Numbered from the stretch's first letter, positions 37,226 through 49,992 are shown. The stretch: DNA of 64,000 nt from Antedon mediterranea (GCF_964355755.1 NC_092675.1:15224912-15288911), one strand, 5' to 3'. The notes: a model not told the origin generated them from the letters alone. Program-made: numbers and translations.

Positions 37226-39255
37226 TTATCACTATTTGACGTGGATGTGCAGTAAATGTAATTGATTTGTTTGTTTCATTCGAGTGTGCCGTGGTACCGC
37301 AGACCCCTCCCTCCAAAAGGGAACGAACCCGAGAGAGTGGATTTTCGTTACAATATCATTAATAGGGGTATACATGTCTACAGATAACAATATTCTACCT
37401 AATCTGTTGATTAAAACCTGAAGAGAATCTGAAAAACTTATGTTACAATTGGACCAAACACAGCAACAATAATCAAATAATGGAATAATTAAAGCATTTG
37501 CTAACATTTTTAAAGTATACATAGGAAGATACATCTTAATAAGACGAATCACACCGATACGTTTAGCTATTTTACAAGACATTTTGTCTATATGTTCCTT
37601 CCAATTTAGTTGAGGATCAAAAATGACACCTAAATATACTTAAAAGAATCAACTCTTTCAATAGTATCATTATTATGAAGTAAAGTTATATTCTTAAATG
37701 TTGCCGTTTTCTGATTTGTGCTGAAAACCATAAGCTTGGTCTTATTAAGATTTAGTGTGAGTTGATTATGGTCAAACCATTCTATAATTTTGTTTTGATT
37801 GATATTGAGTTGATTACATACATCACACATACAACTTACAAGATAAAAAATCAGGAAGTGAATTTACGTATAAAATAAATAGTAAAGGTCCCAGTATTGA
37901 TCCTTGTGGGACACCAATATTAACATTCATGGTGTCAGATTTTGTTGAATTTATACAAACAACTTGAGATTGTCCACTTAAATATGATTTAAACCAGTGA
38001 AGTGCAATATCATTTAAGCCATAATTCCTTAATTTGGTAAATAATATTTCATGGTTAACTGTATCAAATGCTTTCTTCAAGTCAAGAAATAAAGCAGCAG
38101 AAGAAATACCTTTATCAAAGTTATCTAAAATATAATCAGTTACATCTAAAAGAGTAGTTTCTGTAGAGTGACCTTTTCTAAAGCCCGATTGGGAGGGATT
38201 AATAAGGTTGTTAGTTCTTAAATACAAGTATAATTGATCATGCACAGCACGTTCTAAGAGTTTTGAAAGTATGGGTAAAACGGAAATTAGGCGGTAATTA
38301 TAAGGGTCTGACATATCCCCATCTTTATATACAGGTGTTACCTTAGCTAGTTTCCATTCATCTGGAAATCTAGAACTGAATATACCTTACTCAATCATAA
38401 TTAATGATTGAGTAAGGTGGGTGCGTTGGGGGTGTGTACTCATCAAAACTTTCCTATTCACACTTCTGACAATTATTTGTGGTATTTCAAATGGCAATGT
38501 AATGTTATATCTTTAATATATAATGCCAGTGTAATTAAAACAATGTAAAACTCAATATTTTTCATCTGAAATAATGTTAACTCACGTAATGTAGCATATA
38601 ACACAGAAATAGTTTTTGGCTTTAAAAATGGTAGCAGGCCTAGTAGCAGGCCTATGTCTAAAAAACCTAGGCCTACATTTATTTAATAAACCTTTTTTAA
38701 ACCTTTGTAGAAACAATATTTATAGCTAGCGTGAGCCTAGGGTGCTATGAAAAGTGTTTATAAAAGTCTTTTTGTATCATTTGCCGGAAACACATTTTTG
38801 GTCTGGATTTACCCAAAACGTGGCCAACACAATAAATTTTTTTGGGCCTTATATAAGGGGGGTTGCATTACACTTGTTAAGCCTAGTCAAGGAGAGTGCA
38901 TGTTCAGCACGATGATGATCAGTAGTAGAGGTATCATACCAAACAGGAAATGCCAAGAAGCTCATGTATATAAATGACCTCCATAGAAATGTCCTAACCA
39001 CTTAAAAGGTTTTAACCCTGAATCAGGTTATATTGGTAAATTTTACTTTGAGCATTTATTTTCCCTTCATCAGAAATTTAATTTACCGTAGGCGATGTTT
39101 TAGAGCCCATATTTCAAATATAATTATTATTAAGAAAATTTGTTAAAAATGTATGTAATAAATAATTAAATGGAAACATTTGGCAGGGAGGTGAAAACAG
39201 ATGTAAAAAATATAATTATAGTATTTTTAAGTATCCATGTTTGTATTTATTGCAG

Positions 39256-39364
39256 GCTTGTAACCCTACCATTTCTGATCCATACGTATTGAATGTACAT
39301 CTAGTTCCTCACACACATGATGATGTGGGCTGGCTAAAAACTGTTGACCAGTACTATATGGGAT
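39256..39364 (+). CDS. MAN2B1: Lysosomal alpha-mannosidase, coding exon 2 (start of the GH38 domain, Zn ligands)
   Basis: tgcag acceptor; [36 protein letters not shown]; gtaagt donor; 109 nt, ends in phase 1. Confidence 0.96.
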
Positions 39365-39479
39365 GTAAGTTAATTTGTTTGATTGTCACTTTTTTTGGTT
39401 GATTCCAATGATATTGTTAAACCGTTATAACACAGCACTTTTCAATTTCACAATATGGCACTTTTTTTCTCCTTTTTTT

Positions 39480-40951
39480 TAGGCTATCATCACTCTATGA
39501 GATTGAGAGCGATAGCCTATTGTTATTGTCAAAAAATATTTTTTTGGATCATTTTTTGTTAGTGGCAGATCTCTAAAACGACGAAAGCTGTTATTTTGTA
39601 ACTTGGCCAGCAGACACGCGTATATATTTAGTTGTACAATAAACTTTGGTTTAATCAAAATATGGTCGCGTAGCGTAACTACGTGCGATTTACTGACATT
39701 TTTAAATTAACTAACTAACAGCCTTTTCAAATGAAACTTGGAAACATGTATGCTTCATGTCAAGGGTAATCTTCCTGTATCATCAGCAAAATTTTGAACA
39801 TAGGTATTTTCGCGCGTACGCACAAACAGAACAGATCGCACATCGCACAAGGTTGTTGAGGCGGTGTTTTTTGGTTTTACTGTACAGTACTACGTACGAT
39901 CCGATTACGAAAAATTTAATTATTTAAAAAGCATGGATTCGCCAAGCAAGTAGGCCTATATGTTTAATAAAATTTACCTAAGATTGTCGTAAGCTCTTTT
40001 GTTCAAACTTGTTATTTATATACATAGCAATAATCCACCCGTTCCAGCATGCATGCTAGGCATCTAGTCTAGGCCGCACCTACTCCTGGCCGATCGATGG
40101 GGAATTTCCCCGCGATAAGAAATCGGCGAAATATAGCTCATAAACGGCCTAAATTTTAATGTTATATCTTTTAATGCCAGTGTAATTACATATGGATAAA
40201 ACAATATAAAACTCAATATTTTTCATCTGAAATAATATGTTAACTCGCGTAATGTAGCATATAACACGTAAATAGTTTATTTCGATACTGGTACTGGTAG
40301 CTATAGCCTAGCAGCCATAGACTTATGCCTCACAAAGCTTCAGGCATACGTTTATTTAATAAACCTTTTTTAAACGTTTGTTGAAACAATATTTATAGTT
40401 AGCCTGAGCCTAGGGTGCTATGAAAAGTGTTTTTAAAGTCTTTTTTTATCATTTGTGTAAATTGTTTTTGCCGGCAGCCGACATACCAATTTTTAGGATT
40501 TAGCCAACACACTAATTTTTTTTTTTGGCCTAATGGCCATCTGAATTTTAAAAATTTGATTTTTATCTCTTTCAACACAGTTCGTTGCATTCAATAGAGT
40601 GCATATCTCATAAAACGTTATCAGTTTCTACCAATTTTTAATAATGCTATTAAGTCTCAAAACATTCTCCTTCACTTTAATTTGAAAAGCTCATCATATT
40701 TAAACAATTGAATAAACGCAAGTGGTGTAAAATAAAAACTAACCGTCAAATAATCCGTTTACAATCCAAATACTGTCAACTGTTGACGCTTGTTTAACGG
40801 TTTTGATCGATGCTATGCTGTTTGTACAAACATTGTGGTCTGGCCTACTGTAGACTATAAGCGTTATCAGTTTCTTCAGTAATGTAGTGGCAGGGTTCTT
40901 TTCGCATGTTACGATGCGTTGCACGATAGCCCGTGACGAGTTCAAACATAG
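39480..40951 (+). mobile_element. Degraded Helentron-type element H5 in intron 2, carrying a hAT-derived segment
   Basis: 5' hairpin aggctatc...gatagcct; 3' cgatagcc plus the half hairpin gtgacgagttc and catag. The segment at about 39825-40270 matches about 17820-18240. Confidence 0.6.
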
Positions 40952-41003
40952 TTATATTTTATACTATATGGTATATTATACTATAAGGTATATTATACTA
41001 TAA

Positions 41004-41060
41004 AGGTCGCAACTTCTTGATTGCAGGTCCAATGCTCTAACCACTGCGCCACAGTGCTCC
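41004..41060 (-). repeat. tRNA-derived SINE head fragment
   Basis: Minus strand ggagcactgtggcgcagtggttagagcattggacctgcaatc has an A box and tRNA-like 5' half; no complete cloverleaf. Confidence 0.5.
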
Positions 41061-41104
41061 ACAAATATATACTATATGACATATCTTAATCTTTTATTTT
41101 GTAG

Positions 41105-41278
41105 CTAAAAATCAAATTCAACATGCAGGAGTACAGTACATCCTTGATTCTGTTGTTTCAGAGCTATTAAAAGATCCAAAAAAGCGATTCATCTATGTGG
41201 AAATCGCTTTCTTTGCACGCTGGTGGCATGAACAAGATGATGAAATGAAGTTAAATGTCAAAAAGCTGGTCAATGAAG
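41105..41278 (+). CDS. MAN2B1: Lysosomal alpha-mannosidase, coding exon 3
   Basis: tgtag acceptor; [44 protein letters not shown]...KLVNEG; gtaagt donor; 174 nt, phase 1 to phase 1. Confidence 0.97.
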
Positions 41279-41372
41279 GTAAGTGTTGTTTACAATGTCA
41301 CAATTAAGATTACACTTTGAGCAGGTTAAAGGCAATTTTAAATAAAGGAAAATTTAAACATATAAATTTAAA

Positions 41373-42843
41373 CTAGATTTAATTCGTCACTATGACGAAT
41401 TATAGGTTATATGCATTGATAATTAAAATAAAGATAATTTATTTTTAAAAGATATTTTGATTCATTGATTTTCTCAGATTCTTTAAATAATATATAATAT
41501 ATGATAGGACCTTGCTAACGCGAATACAATAGCCGGTATCACAATCCGATCAAAGATCCCTCTGCGTATAATGTCATAAACCACATTTGCTGTTACATAA
41601 TAATAAAGACATAAGTTATTTTTTATCTAGATTTCATTATAAATCATGTGTATAATATATACACTAAGAAATAAATTTGAACAAACAATACGGATAATAA
41701 AAAAAAAAATTTATTTCGTTTCCCAAGGTGAGACTCGATCTCGGTACCTTGAGTGCCATAGACACGAGCACACACCACCGAGCCATACACAACTGACTAA
41801 AAATTGTAGAAAAATTCCTCCGTGTATTTACTATGCAGTAACCACTTTGGTGCAGATAGATTATTACATACCGCAATGAATTATAATTTTTTACTATGAT
41901 GACATCTCTAAAAATGTACAAAAATGATGCACTGTCAAACTATATACTTTTAACTTTAATATATGAACTTTTGAAGGAAGAAAGTTAATGTTAAGTTTGT
42001 TATTTTGGCCTAAGAAAATGTCATAATTTGTTTGATTGTCGAAATGAATTTTTTAAAATTTAATATGCAATTAATTATGGCTTAATCAACTTTTGTTCCC
42101 TTAGTTTAATAATAAATCATACATAAGATACATACACTTCAAGAAAATTAAATAAAAAATATGTGTTCCCGAGCATTCTGACGATCTATATTAATTTTAA
42201 AATTTAGCATATTTTCACCATTTTGTTAACTTACACGTGCGTAGCCTGTCACTTTTGACGTGCTCGTATAAGGCAATTACGCGTTGAAAAGTGAATAAAA
42301 TATGATGATATTATTAAAGAAAGGTTGTACAACCGAAATCGGACAAAAAGAGTGCGCATTAACGTATAACGCGCAGTGCGCGTGCAAAAATCTGCGCACT
42401 CATGGCAATTTTTTAAACGCTTAAAATTGCCTGAAACGTACTCTAATTTCATCGAAAATAAATTTTGACAATTTTGAACATTTTAAGCGCGCGTACGCAA
42501 GCGTTATATGCGCTACGCACGTAATTGTATTGCCATATGATGAAATATGACCTGAAATTTATGAGTACCAAATTTTGTTTAATTGTGATTCATGCTTGTG
42601 AAGATATGATTACAAACGTGATTTCGTAAAATCGCGCGTAGACCGCGTAATTTTTGATTACGCATCGTGAAAATATAACCACATCGATTCCTGGCCATAA
42701 GGAATATACTCTGAAAAATTGACTTAGATAGATGAAACTGATATCAAGATAATTCACGGACAAAATAGTGCTAAGGAAAGAATAAATAAATAAAGATTTT
42801 GACAGAATCAAGAGGTTATATGCATGATAATGCATATAACCTA
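41373..42843 (-). mobile_element. Helentron-type element H4
   Basis: 5' hairpin aggttatatgcat...atgcatataacct (42813-42842); 3' IR tgcatataacct, hairpin aattcgtca-tag-tgacgaatt and CTAG (41376-41373). Confidence 0.8.
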
Positions 42844-43439
42844 AAAATGAAACTTAATTGAAAATGAAATTATCATTTTTGACAAAAGTAAGGTTTAGTC
42901 AGATAGGGTCACATTTAGCTGTCTTATTTTTCATTAATTTCGAGCCGAGTGGCTAAGGGAGCGTCTCCAAAGTATCCCACCGCGGTACACAAGATTTCAC
43001 CGCGTTAGAGACGTTATCTGCGTTAATGAGCAATAGGCAAGATGTGCTCATTGAAGCATATCTTCTCTAACGCAACCTACCGCAAGCATGCCTTGTTAAG
43101 AGCCATTGTCTGTGTTTTTATATCATTATCAATGAGGTTTGTAATTTGATAGTCAATAGGTTTTTCAGCAATAATCACAAAAAAAAAACACTGGGGTAAA
43201 TTACATACATAGGTTTTGTGTTGCCAGGAAAATACGGAAAACACAAAAAATACAAACAAAATTATAAAAAAACAAAACACATAAAACAAAATTTAAATAG
43301 GACTAATATATAATAATATATTTGGCTTGTCATAATGCTACTAGAGTCATACGAATAGTTTAGATAAAATACGAGAATGTGTTGCCAGGTTTATTTCAAA
43401 TTTCATTTTTTACCTTAGCAACCATTTCTATGTGTAATA

Positions 43440-44340
43440 TATTATACAGATATTGACTGCTTAGATGTTAAATATAAGATTTGACATCCCCGAGAGAATG
43501 ATATTAAGTTTGAGAGAATATATATTCCCCGAGAACTTAATATCATTCCCGAGGGGATGTCAAATCTTATATTTTACCGATACAAAAGGCGATATCTGTT
43601 ATATTATATAGCCAAGAACAAGTCTGCTGGGTTGGGTGAAGCTAGGCTAGGCCTCCTATAGTATTTGTATTGTATGTAAACAAGCCTGCCTAGACACCTT
43701 ACCTTGCGAAGAATAATATACAGATAATTACTAATTAATGATTCCTTGGCAATAAAATATTCACTTAAGCCTAGGTCGTTTAAATTAACAGAAGAATTTC
43801 CATCAAGCCTATTAATGATAATAATATAATCAGGTAGGCCGAATAAACAATTCGTCTTCTTCTCTTCGAGGAGCCGAATCGCCGGATGTTCAGCGCGTAC
43901 TAGTTACTAGGTTACTACCGTGAGTTTTGACCAATCACAAACGGTGTTTCATCACATTTAGGGAGGACTAATAACAAATGAGGGCACTATGTATGCATAG
44001 CTTAAATAGTTTAAAAGATTAATTTCTTCAAGCAAGTTCCGTGGCGCAGCGGTTGAAGCGTTGTCTTGTGATGGAGTGACAATTCCATCCCGAGTTCAAG
44101 ATCCAGTAGATGACTTTTGTTTATTTATCGGCAAACGTGAGTGTTGCACACGAAAATTACAGTCAATATAATCGAACTCGGGAATTTATAGGATTAATGA
44201 CAGGGACATGATAATTACGCGAAAATTACTCAGTCAATATCATCGTTCTCGAGGATATATACGATTTACGATCCACGCAGCGGTAGTCATGTGACGCAGT
44301 TTCAACCAATCACGTTCACGTATTTATATACGGCTATATA
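43440..44340. mobile_element. Putative non-autonomous Crypton-like element with a large terminal hairpin; contains a tRNA-derived segment
   Basis: Imperfect hairpin at 43471-43573; tatatagcc (about 43604) and ggctatata (about 44332); A box and B box-like sequences at about 44036-44105. Confidence 0.4.
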
Positions 44341-44379
44341 TCATTTTGTTTGACAAATCTAGTAACGAATTTACTCACA

Positions 44380-44720
44380 TTCTTTACCTTTTGCCATCCT
44401 TGCTGATGGCTTGATCACAACTGATCCAGTCCACTGCTACTTCCTAGAAATCTTTTGTTGTTGTTTCTAGGTGACGTCATACTTTTTGTAGCAATAATGT
44501 GTATACGTGATCGAGAAATACAGCCCTTCGTTGCGGTTAATTGCGTTAGCCCCCTCTTTCTGATTTGGATTGCCTCTTTGACCCCCTTCGCATCGATGTG
44601 GTTTTCCTGAGGAGCTGCATGGTCTGTGATTTTGTGGATTTTGGATGTTGATTCCTTTCTAGTTGCCCTGGTGTATTTGCGATCGGCAACCACCTTTTCA
44701 GTGTCTTTTTGGTGTTCTTT
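44380..44720 (-). mobile_element. Penelope-like element 3' remnant (GIY-YIG C-terminus plus pLTR)
   Basis: KEHQKD...ITDHA...NHID...VKEAIQIRKRG...INRNEG; a short inverted copy (INRDEG) lies at about 45338-45378. Confidence 0.75.
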
Positions 44721-45807
44721 CCATAAGTGCATTCCTGATCATCTTCTTTCTTATCTACCTCCTTGGCTCGCACTGGCCAATCGCCAAATCGCCATGGGCA
44801 AAAACGTTTCCAGATTGGCGAAAAATAAAACGGCTAAATTAGCTATTTTGGCGATGACATATGATAAAATAGATAATCAAATAATCATTTTGGCGAAAGT
44901 CCTACTAAAAGGTTCATTTGTCGATTTCCAAGCATTTATTTTGTTCGTTATCATGTTGTTGACTTCAAGCTCCATTTTTCGTCAACTTGTTTCGTTGTAC
45001 CAGTTGTAACATTATAGCATCTTCGATGAATGACGTCTTAATCTTATCGAAATCAAATATGCGTAAAAAACAAAAATAATATAGAGTTCAGGGGATTTCA
45101 GAAAACTGTAAATTGTTTCTTATTAAATTGATAACTATGTGAATGCTGAATTTGAACATTGTTTTGATCATTATTATAAAATACATCGAAAATAATTTTT
45201 TTAAATAATACAGTGATTTAGGCATGGCTCTCTCTAAATGCCTTACAATTTAAACGTTCACGGAACAGTGTATTATAGACTCATTGACAGATAAATGAAT
45301 GTTCTGATGACCCCTAGCTTTTAGTGTAGTGGGTGGGTGTCGCAATCAACCGCGACGAAGGGGCTGTATTTCTCGAAGCTACACAATAACAACATGCTCT
45401 GCATGTTAGATGTCGTTCGACATACGAACTATTGCCTACATGATTATAAAAATATGTGATTGTTGACAAAGATATGTAATAAAATTAACCACCGTGATCA
45501 AGGAAAATAGTTGTGTAATAAAAATGTGACTCCACCGTAATTAATGGACTCTTCCATAAATGTGTTTTTGTTAGTACTGTGCTGGTGATGGGAATGGGAT
45601 GCTGCTAAAAATACACACGCGCGAGTTCAGAGTGTAGAGAGCTACTAGACCTGGGTGGGTAGAATATCTCATGCAAGTACTGTTATTGTTAATATTAATT
45701 AATACAGAGGATGACAATTGACCTTAATTGACCTGTGTATAAGAAACACCCAAAATTTAGAGGTCAAATTTGCATGTCAAAAGTGTGTCTTGTACACTGA
45801 CATATAC

Positions 45808-46654
45808 GGGTGCAGGTCAAGTCGGCCCTAAACCGTCTCGGCCAAAGTCAAGTCGGCCCCACGTCAAGTCGGCCCCAAGTCAACTCGGCCTCAAGTCAAC
45901 TCGGCCTCAAGTCAACTCGGCCTCACGTCAACTCGGCTAAAAACCAATCGGTCAACTCGGCCACAATAAAGTATGGAACGCAAAAAATGCTTAATATTAT
46001 TATGATTCTTACTATCCACGCTTTAAAAAAAATGAAGAAATAAAAAAAATAATATAATTAAATAATATCATATAAAAAAATGAACTCATTGTCGACATGA
46101 ATATAAGTACCCGCGTGTTACAAAAACATGTGCAGGTACCGCATTTTTAGTTATCGAAGACGGAGGCGCGCCTACGTTCCACTATTTGGCCATAGAAAAA
46201 ATGATCGTACATCGTTTTTGTCCATGATTTGCGTTAAAAAAAAAGGGGAATCCCCTGGTCAGTGAAAACACGTAGCAGTAGATATCGAAAAAGCTGCCAA
46301 AGGCGCAGGGAGGCGCAGTACGAGTTGTTTTCAATTGTGCAATTTGAAATTTTTTTAAACGTAAATAAAGGAAAGTTGGTGAAATCATTCCTATTTTTTT
46401 TGCTAAATATATTATTGTCTAAATATTAATATTCATTAAAAGTCAGAATTATTTATAGTTAAAAAATTGTGAAGAAATATTATTTTATCAATCCCCTTCA
46501 TTTGCACTTTTTGCGTTCCATACTTTAACGGGGCCGAGTTGACCGATTATTTTTTGGCCGAGTTGACGTGAGGCCGAGTTGACTTGGGGCCGACTTGACT
46601 TGGGGCCGACTTGACTTTGGCCGAGACGGTTTAGGGCCGACTTGGATCGAAATC
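45808..46654. mobile_element. MULE/Foldback-like MITE with repetitive TIRs and a 9-bp TSD
   Basis: TIRs of about 150-180 bp built from gtcaactcggcc/gtcaagtcggcc units; TSD GACATATAC (45799-45807 and 46655-46663); inserted in the terminal motif of a pogo-like MITE remnant. Confidence 0.85.
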
Positions 46655-48289
46655 GACATATACAGTAAGTACAATTTTAAATCTAACGTTGATAATATTG
46701 TTGACGTGTTTGATTAACATTTAAAATCCTCTAGGTCACTGTCATCATTGTCGTTTTGTCTTCATTGCTAGCATCAACCTGATCAGAGTTTACTGCTCAC
46801 ATTTTGGCAGTCAACACATTTACACAAGTCAGTGCAGGATAGTTTTGCTTTCTTACATGAACACCGCTCAGTTTCACACTCCACACTAGCTGTTGCCAAT
46901 CATTTTTCAAAGCGCCCCCATTGGATGAAAAATGTTTGGACACCAAGTTGAACAATTTTCTTATGGTATCAATAAACATATGAAAGCAAAAATTCGAACT
47001 TGGGCTTGTTAGCAAATTTTTTTTTTATTTTTTGCCAATAGTTAGGGCTTGTACAGTAGCAAATTGTTCACAAATCTAGGAAAAAATTGCTTACCAATAG
47101 CTTTTTTCGCCAAAGTGTTCAGCAACATGTATACTAACAATCATATATCAATTAGTTCCAACTCAACTCCAAGAGGAATTTTTTTGGCAGCCATTTTTAA
47201 AAATGGCCACTAATAACAACAAATTCTCATATTCTCGGTAACTAATGAAGGTAGAGACTTATATTTGGTCTCAAAATGTTCATAATATAGATATTTATAT
47301 TTAGTCTAATAGAATATTTTTTCAAAAAATGACCAGAAATATCGTTTTATGACCAATTGACCCTTTACCTAGACCTTATCAGTATCTCAGTAACTAATGG
47401 TCATAGATACCTCAATCTGGTCTCAATTTGTTCAGAATGTATATGTTTATATTTACCTTATTAAAAAAAATTAACCAGAAATCTCATTATTGACCTTTGA
47501 CCCAATATAGGGTTAATTGTGATTTTGAATGGCAGAGAGTATCTGGAATATCTTGCACTCAGTTTTGATCCTCTTTTTTTGGCTCTCTTTTAAAAAAAGA
47601 CATCCATTGCACTCTCTGTCACACCATTTCCAGGGATATTCTTTTGCCTCATAGGAAGCAATGCACTGACGATGTCGACACTTGTATTGTTTACCTCCGC
47701 CAAGGAGGTACCGTATATTTCGGTGTATAAGTCGCACTTTTGACAACCAAATTTGACCTCTAAATTAAGGGTGCATCTTATCAAAGATAGTGTAGTAGGA
47801 AGATGTTACACTTCCTATTCGTTCAATGCAAATAAAAGCGAGACAACATGGAGCTAAATTTAAAGGGCGCCTCGCACGTCGAGTAGGGATACGGAAAGTT
47901 ATTGTATAGGAAATAGGCTATTATAACAGTAGAATAATATGATTGTAAAATTAAGATTTAATACGAATTAACATATAAAATGTAATGTTATCTTTATAGA
48001 AAGTGCAAATGAATCATATTTATATGCTTTGGAATACAAATTTGTGTTTCAATTACCTGGAATTGTTTAGGTACCTGGAATTTATCTATCTGCTACCCGT
48101 ATTTTATTTCTTTTATTTTAATGTTTTTATTATCATCAAATCAATTGAACTTTTTTTAATTATTTACCATTTAATTGTTTATCATTGGACATTGATATAA
48201 AATTTAATACCTAGCTTTAGAAACACTTCTTCATCAGAGTGAATAAATATATTAGGTAAATAGGCCTACAATGTGTATGCCTATATATG

Positions 48290-49030
48290 CCTGTGGGTGA
48301 TCTTATACCCCCTTCTTTGTCTGTTGATGGTATTACACCCCTTTCTTTGTCCGTTGATGGTATTACACCCTTTTTTTGTATGTGGATGGTCTTATACACC
48401 CCTTTGTGTATGGATGGTCTTATTTCTTTGTCTGTGGATGGTCTTATATCCCCTTCTTTGTCTGTGGATGGTCTTCTCCCCTTCTTTGTCTGTGGATGGT
48501 CCTACACCCCCTTCTTTGTCTGTGGATGGTCCTACACCCCCTTCTTTGTCTGTGGATGGTCCTACACCCCTTATTTGTCTGGGGATGGTCTTATACCCTC
48601 TTCTTTGTCTGTAAGTGGTCCTATACCCCTTTCTTTGTCAGTGGATGGTCTTGCACCCCCTTCTTTGTCTGTGGACGGTCCTACGCCCCCTTCTTTGTCT
48701 GTGGATGGTCCTATACCCCTTTTTTTGTCAGTGGATGGTCCTATACCCCCTTCTTTGTCTGTGGATGGTCCTACATCCCCTTCTTTGTCTGTAGATGGCC
48801 TTACACCCCTTTCGTTGTCTGTGGATGGTCTTATACCTCCTTCTTTGTGTGTGGATGGTCTTACACCCCCTTCTTTGTCTGTGGATGGTCTTACACCCCC
48901 TTTTTTGTCTGTGGATGGTCTTATACCCTCTTCTTTGTATGTGGATGGTCTTACAACCCCTTCTTTGTCTGTGGATGGTCTTACACCCCCTTCTTTGTCT
49001 GTGGATGGTCTTACACCCCCTTCTTTGTCA
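48290..49030 (+). repeat. 30-bp minisatellite, about 24 copies
   Basis: Unit ttctttgtctgtggatggtcttacaccccc. Confidence 0.95.
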
Positions 49031-49489
49031 GGACCCACTACTTTGATTGATTAAATTAGACATTGTTTCTTGTATGATTAGGAAACCAAGACCTTTAAAG
49101 TGAAAGTCCACAGGTGGATGCCTAAACAGGTCTTGTACAGAACAGTATATTGTAGGTCCATGTCACTAATTTGAGGATTACTTGAATAATTATATTGAGA
49201 TGTCTTTTACGAATTGATTTAGTTCGGATTTTGCTCAAAAATCAATGACTAGAGAAAATCGAGGAAAAGGATTCAGATGAAAGGTTTACAGCAAAGGCCC
49301 ATTACCGTAAAAATGGAGTACATTTTTTTAGATGCAACGAAAAAACGATTGACACATCACAGTTTAGCAAACATGTCGGCATAGATGAGCTCAGTGATCT
49401 GTCATACTTTATGCCTATCCTATCACATCAAAAGTTAAAAATTCAGAATAATAATTCCGTGTCATTTATTTCGGTAAAAAAATTAGGTG

Positions 49490-49992
49490 CATTTATACCA
49501 ATTTAACCACATACAGTATGTTCACATAATTATATATGTCAAAGGTTATAAATTGTATTTCCAGTCATTTTATGTGAAAATGTTTCATTACTACAAATAT
49601 AAATGTCCATATTCTAAACAAAATGACACCAAAATCGATTGAAAATGATCAGTAGTTACTGAGATATACAGATAAGAGGTCAAAGGTCAAACTGGAAGAA
49701 ACGTCATTTCCGGTCATTTTTGGACGAAACTTTTCATTAGAGCAAATAGAAATATGTGGTTTGTGAACAATTTAACACCAGAATCAAGTCTCTACTGTTT
49801 ATAGTTGCCAAGATATGAACACTTTTTGTTTTTATGGTGGCCATTTTGAAATCTAGATGGCCGCCATACTGGACACTTGGCACCCCCCGATATTTTGAAT
49901 CTATATACATCAAAGAAACTTTGTGGAAATTTTCATGCTTTGGTAATAAAGTGCACAACTTGGCTATTTTTATGGCGTTAACTGCTCTACTA
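49490..49992 (+). mobile_element. One end of a second Academ-like element
   Basis: Ends in gtgcacaac...gttaactgctctacta (TAG terminus on the other strand) and shares ggtcaaaggtcaa / ggccattttgaa motifs with the arms at 47 kb and 52 kb. Left boundary approximate. Confidence 0.45.

Larger units (their letters stand above)
29248..37352 (+). mobile_element. Probable solo LTR (about 1.1 kb net) expanded by nested insertions
   Basis: TGTAA...TTACA termini; 4-bp TSD ATAT (29244-29247 and 37353-37356); AATAAA near 35115. A Ginger-type element is an alternative. Confidence 0.7.
28950..38385 (-). mobile_element. 5'-truncated L2/Crack-like LINE RT, split by an 8.1-kb composite insertion
   Basis: RT motifs FLDLKKAFD and [10 protein letters not shown] (37823-38314), IIPLFDYCCCVW (about 37470) and C-terminus MLFKCLKEIAPRYL (28994-29185). 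The frame PINDI|LSTLGW is restored by removing 29248-37352 plus one ATAT. Confidence 0.85.

Noticed and set aside
44036-44110. tRNA gene candidates here and at about 41004-41060 and 41720-41790
   Set aside because: A box and B box-like motifs are present, but there is no complete cloverleaf or acceptor stem; they are better explained as SINE or TE-derived heads.
48273-49054. Repetitive ORFs on both strands (PPSLSVDGLT and others)
   Set aside because: A 30-bp unit without stops gives ORFs in many frames; there is no splice or homology support.
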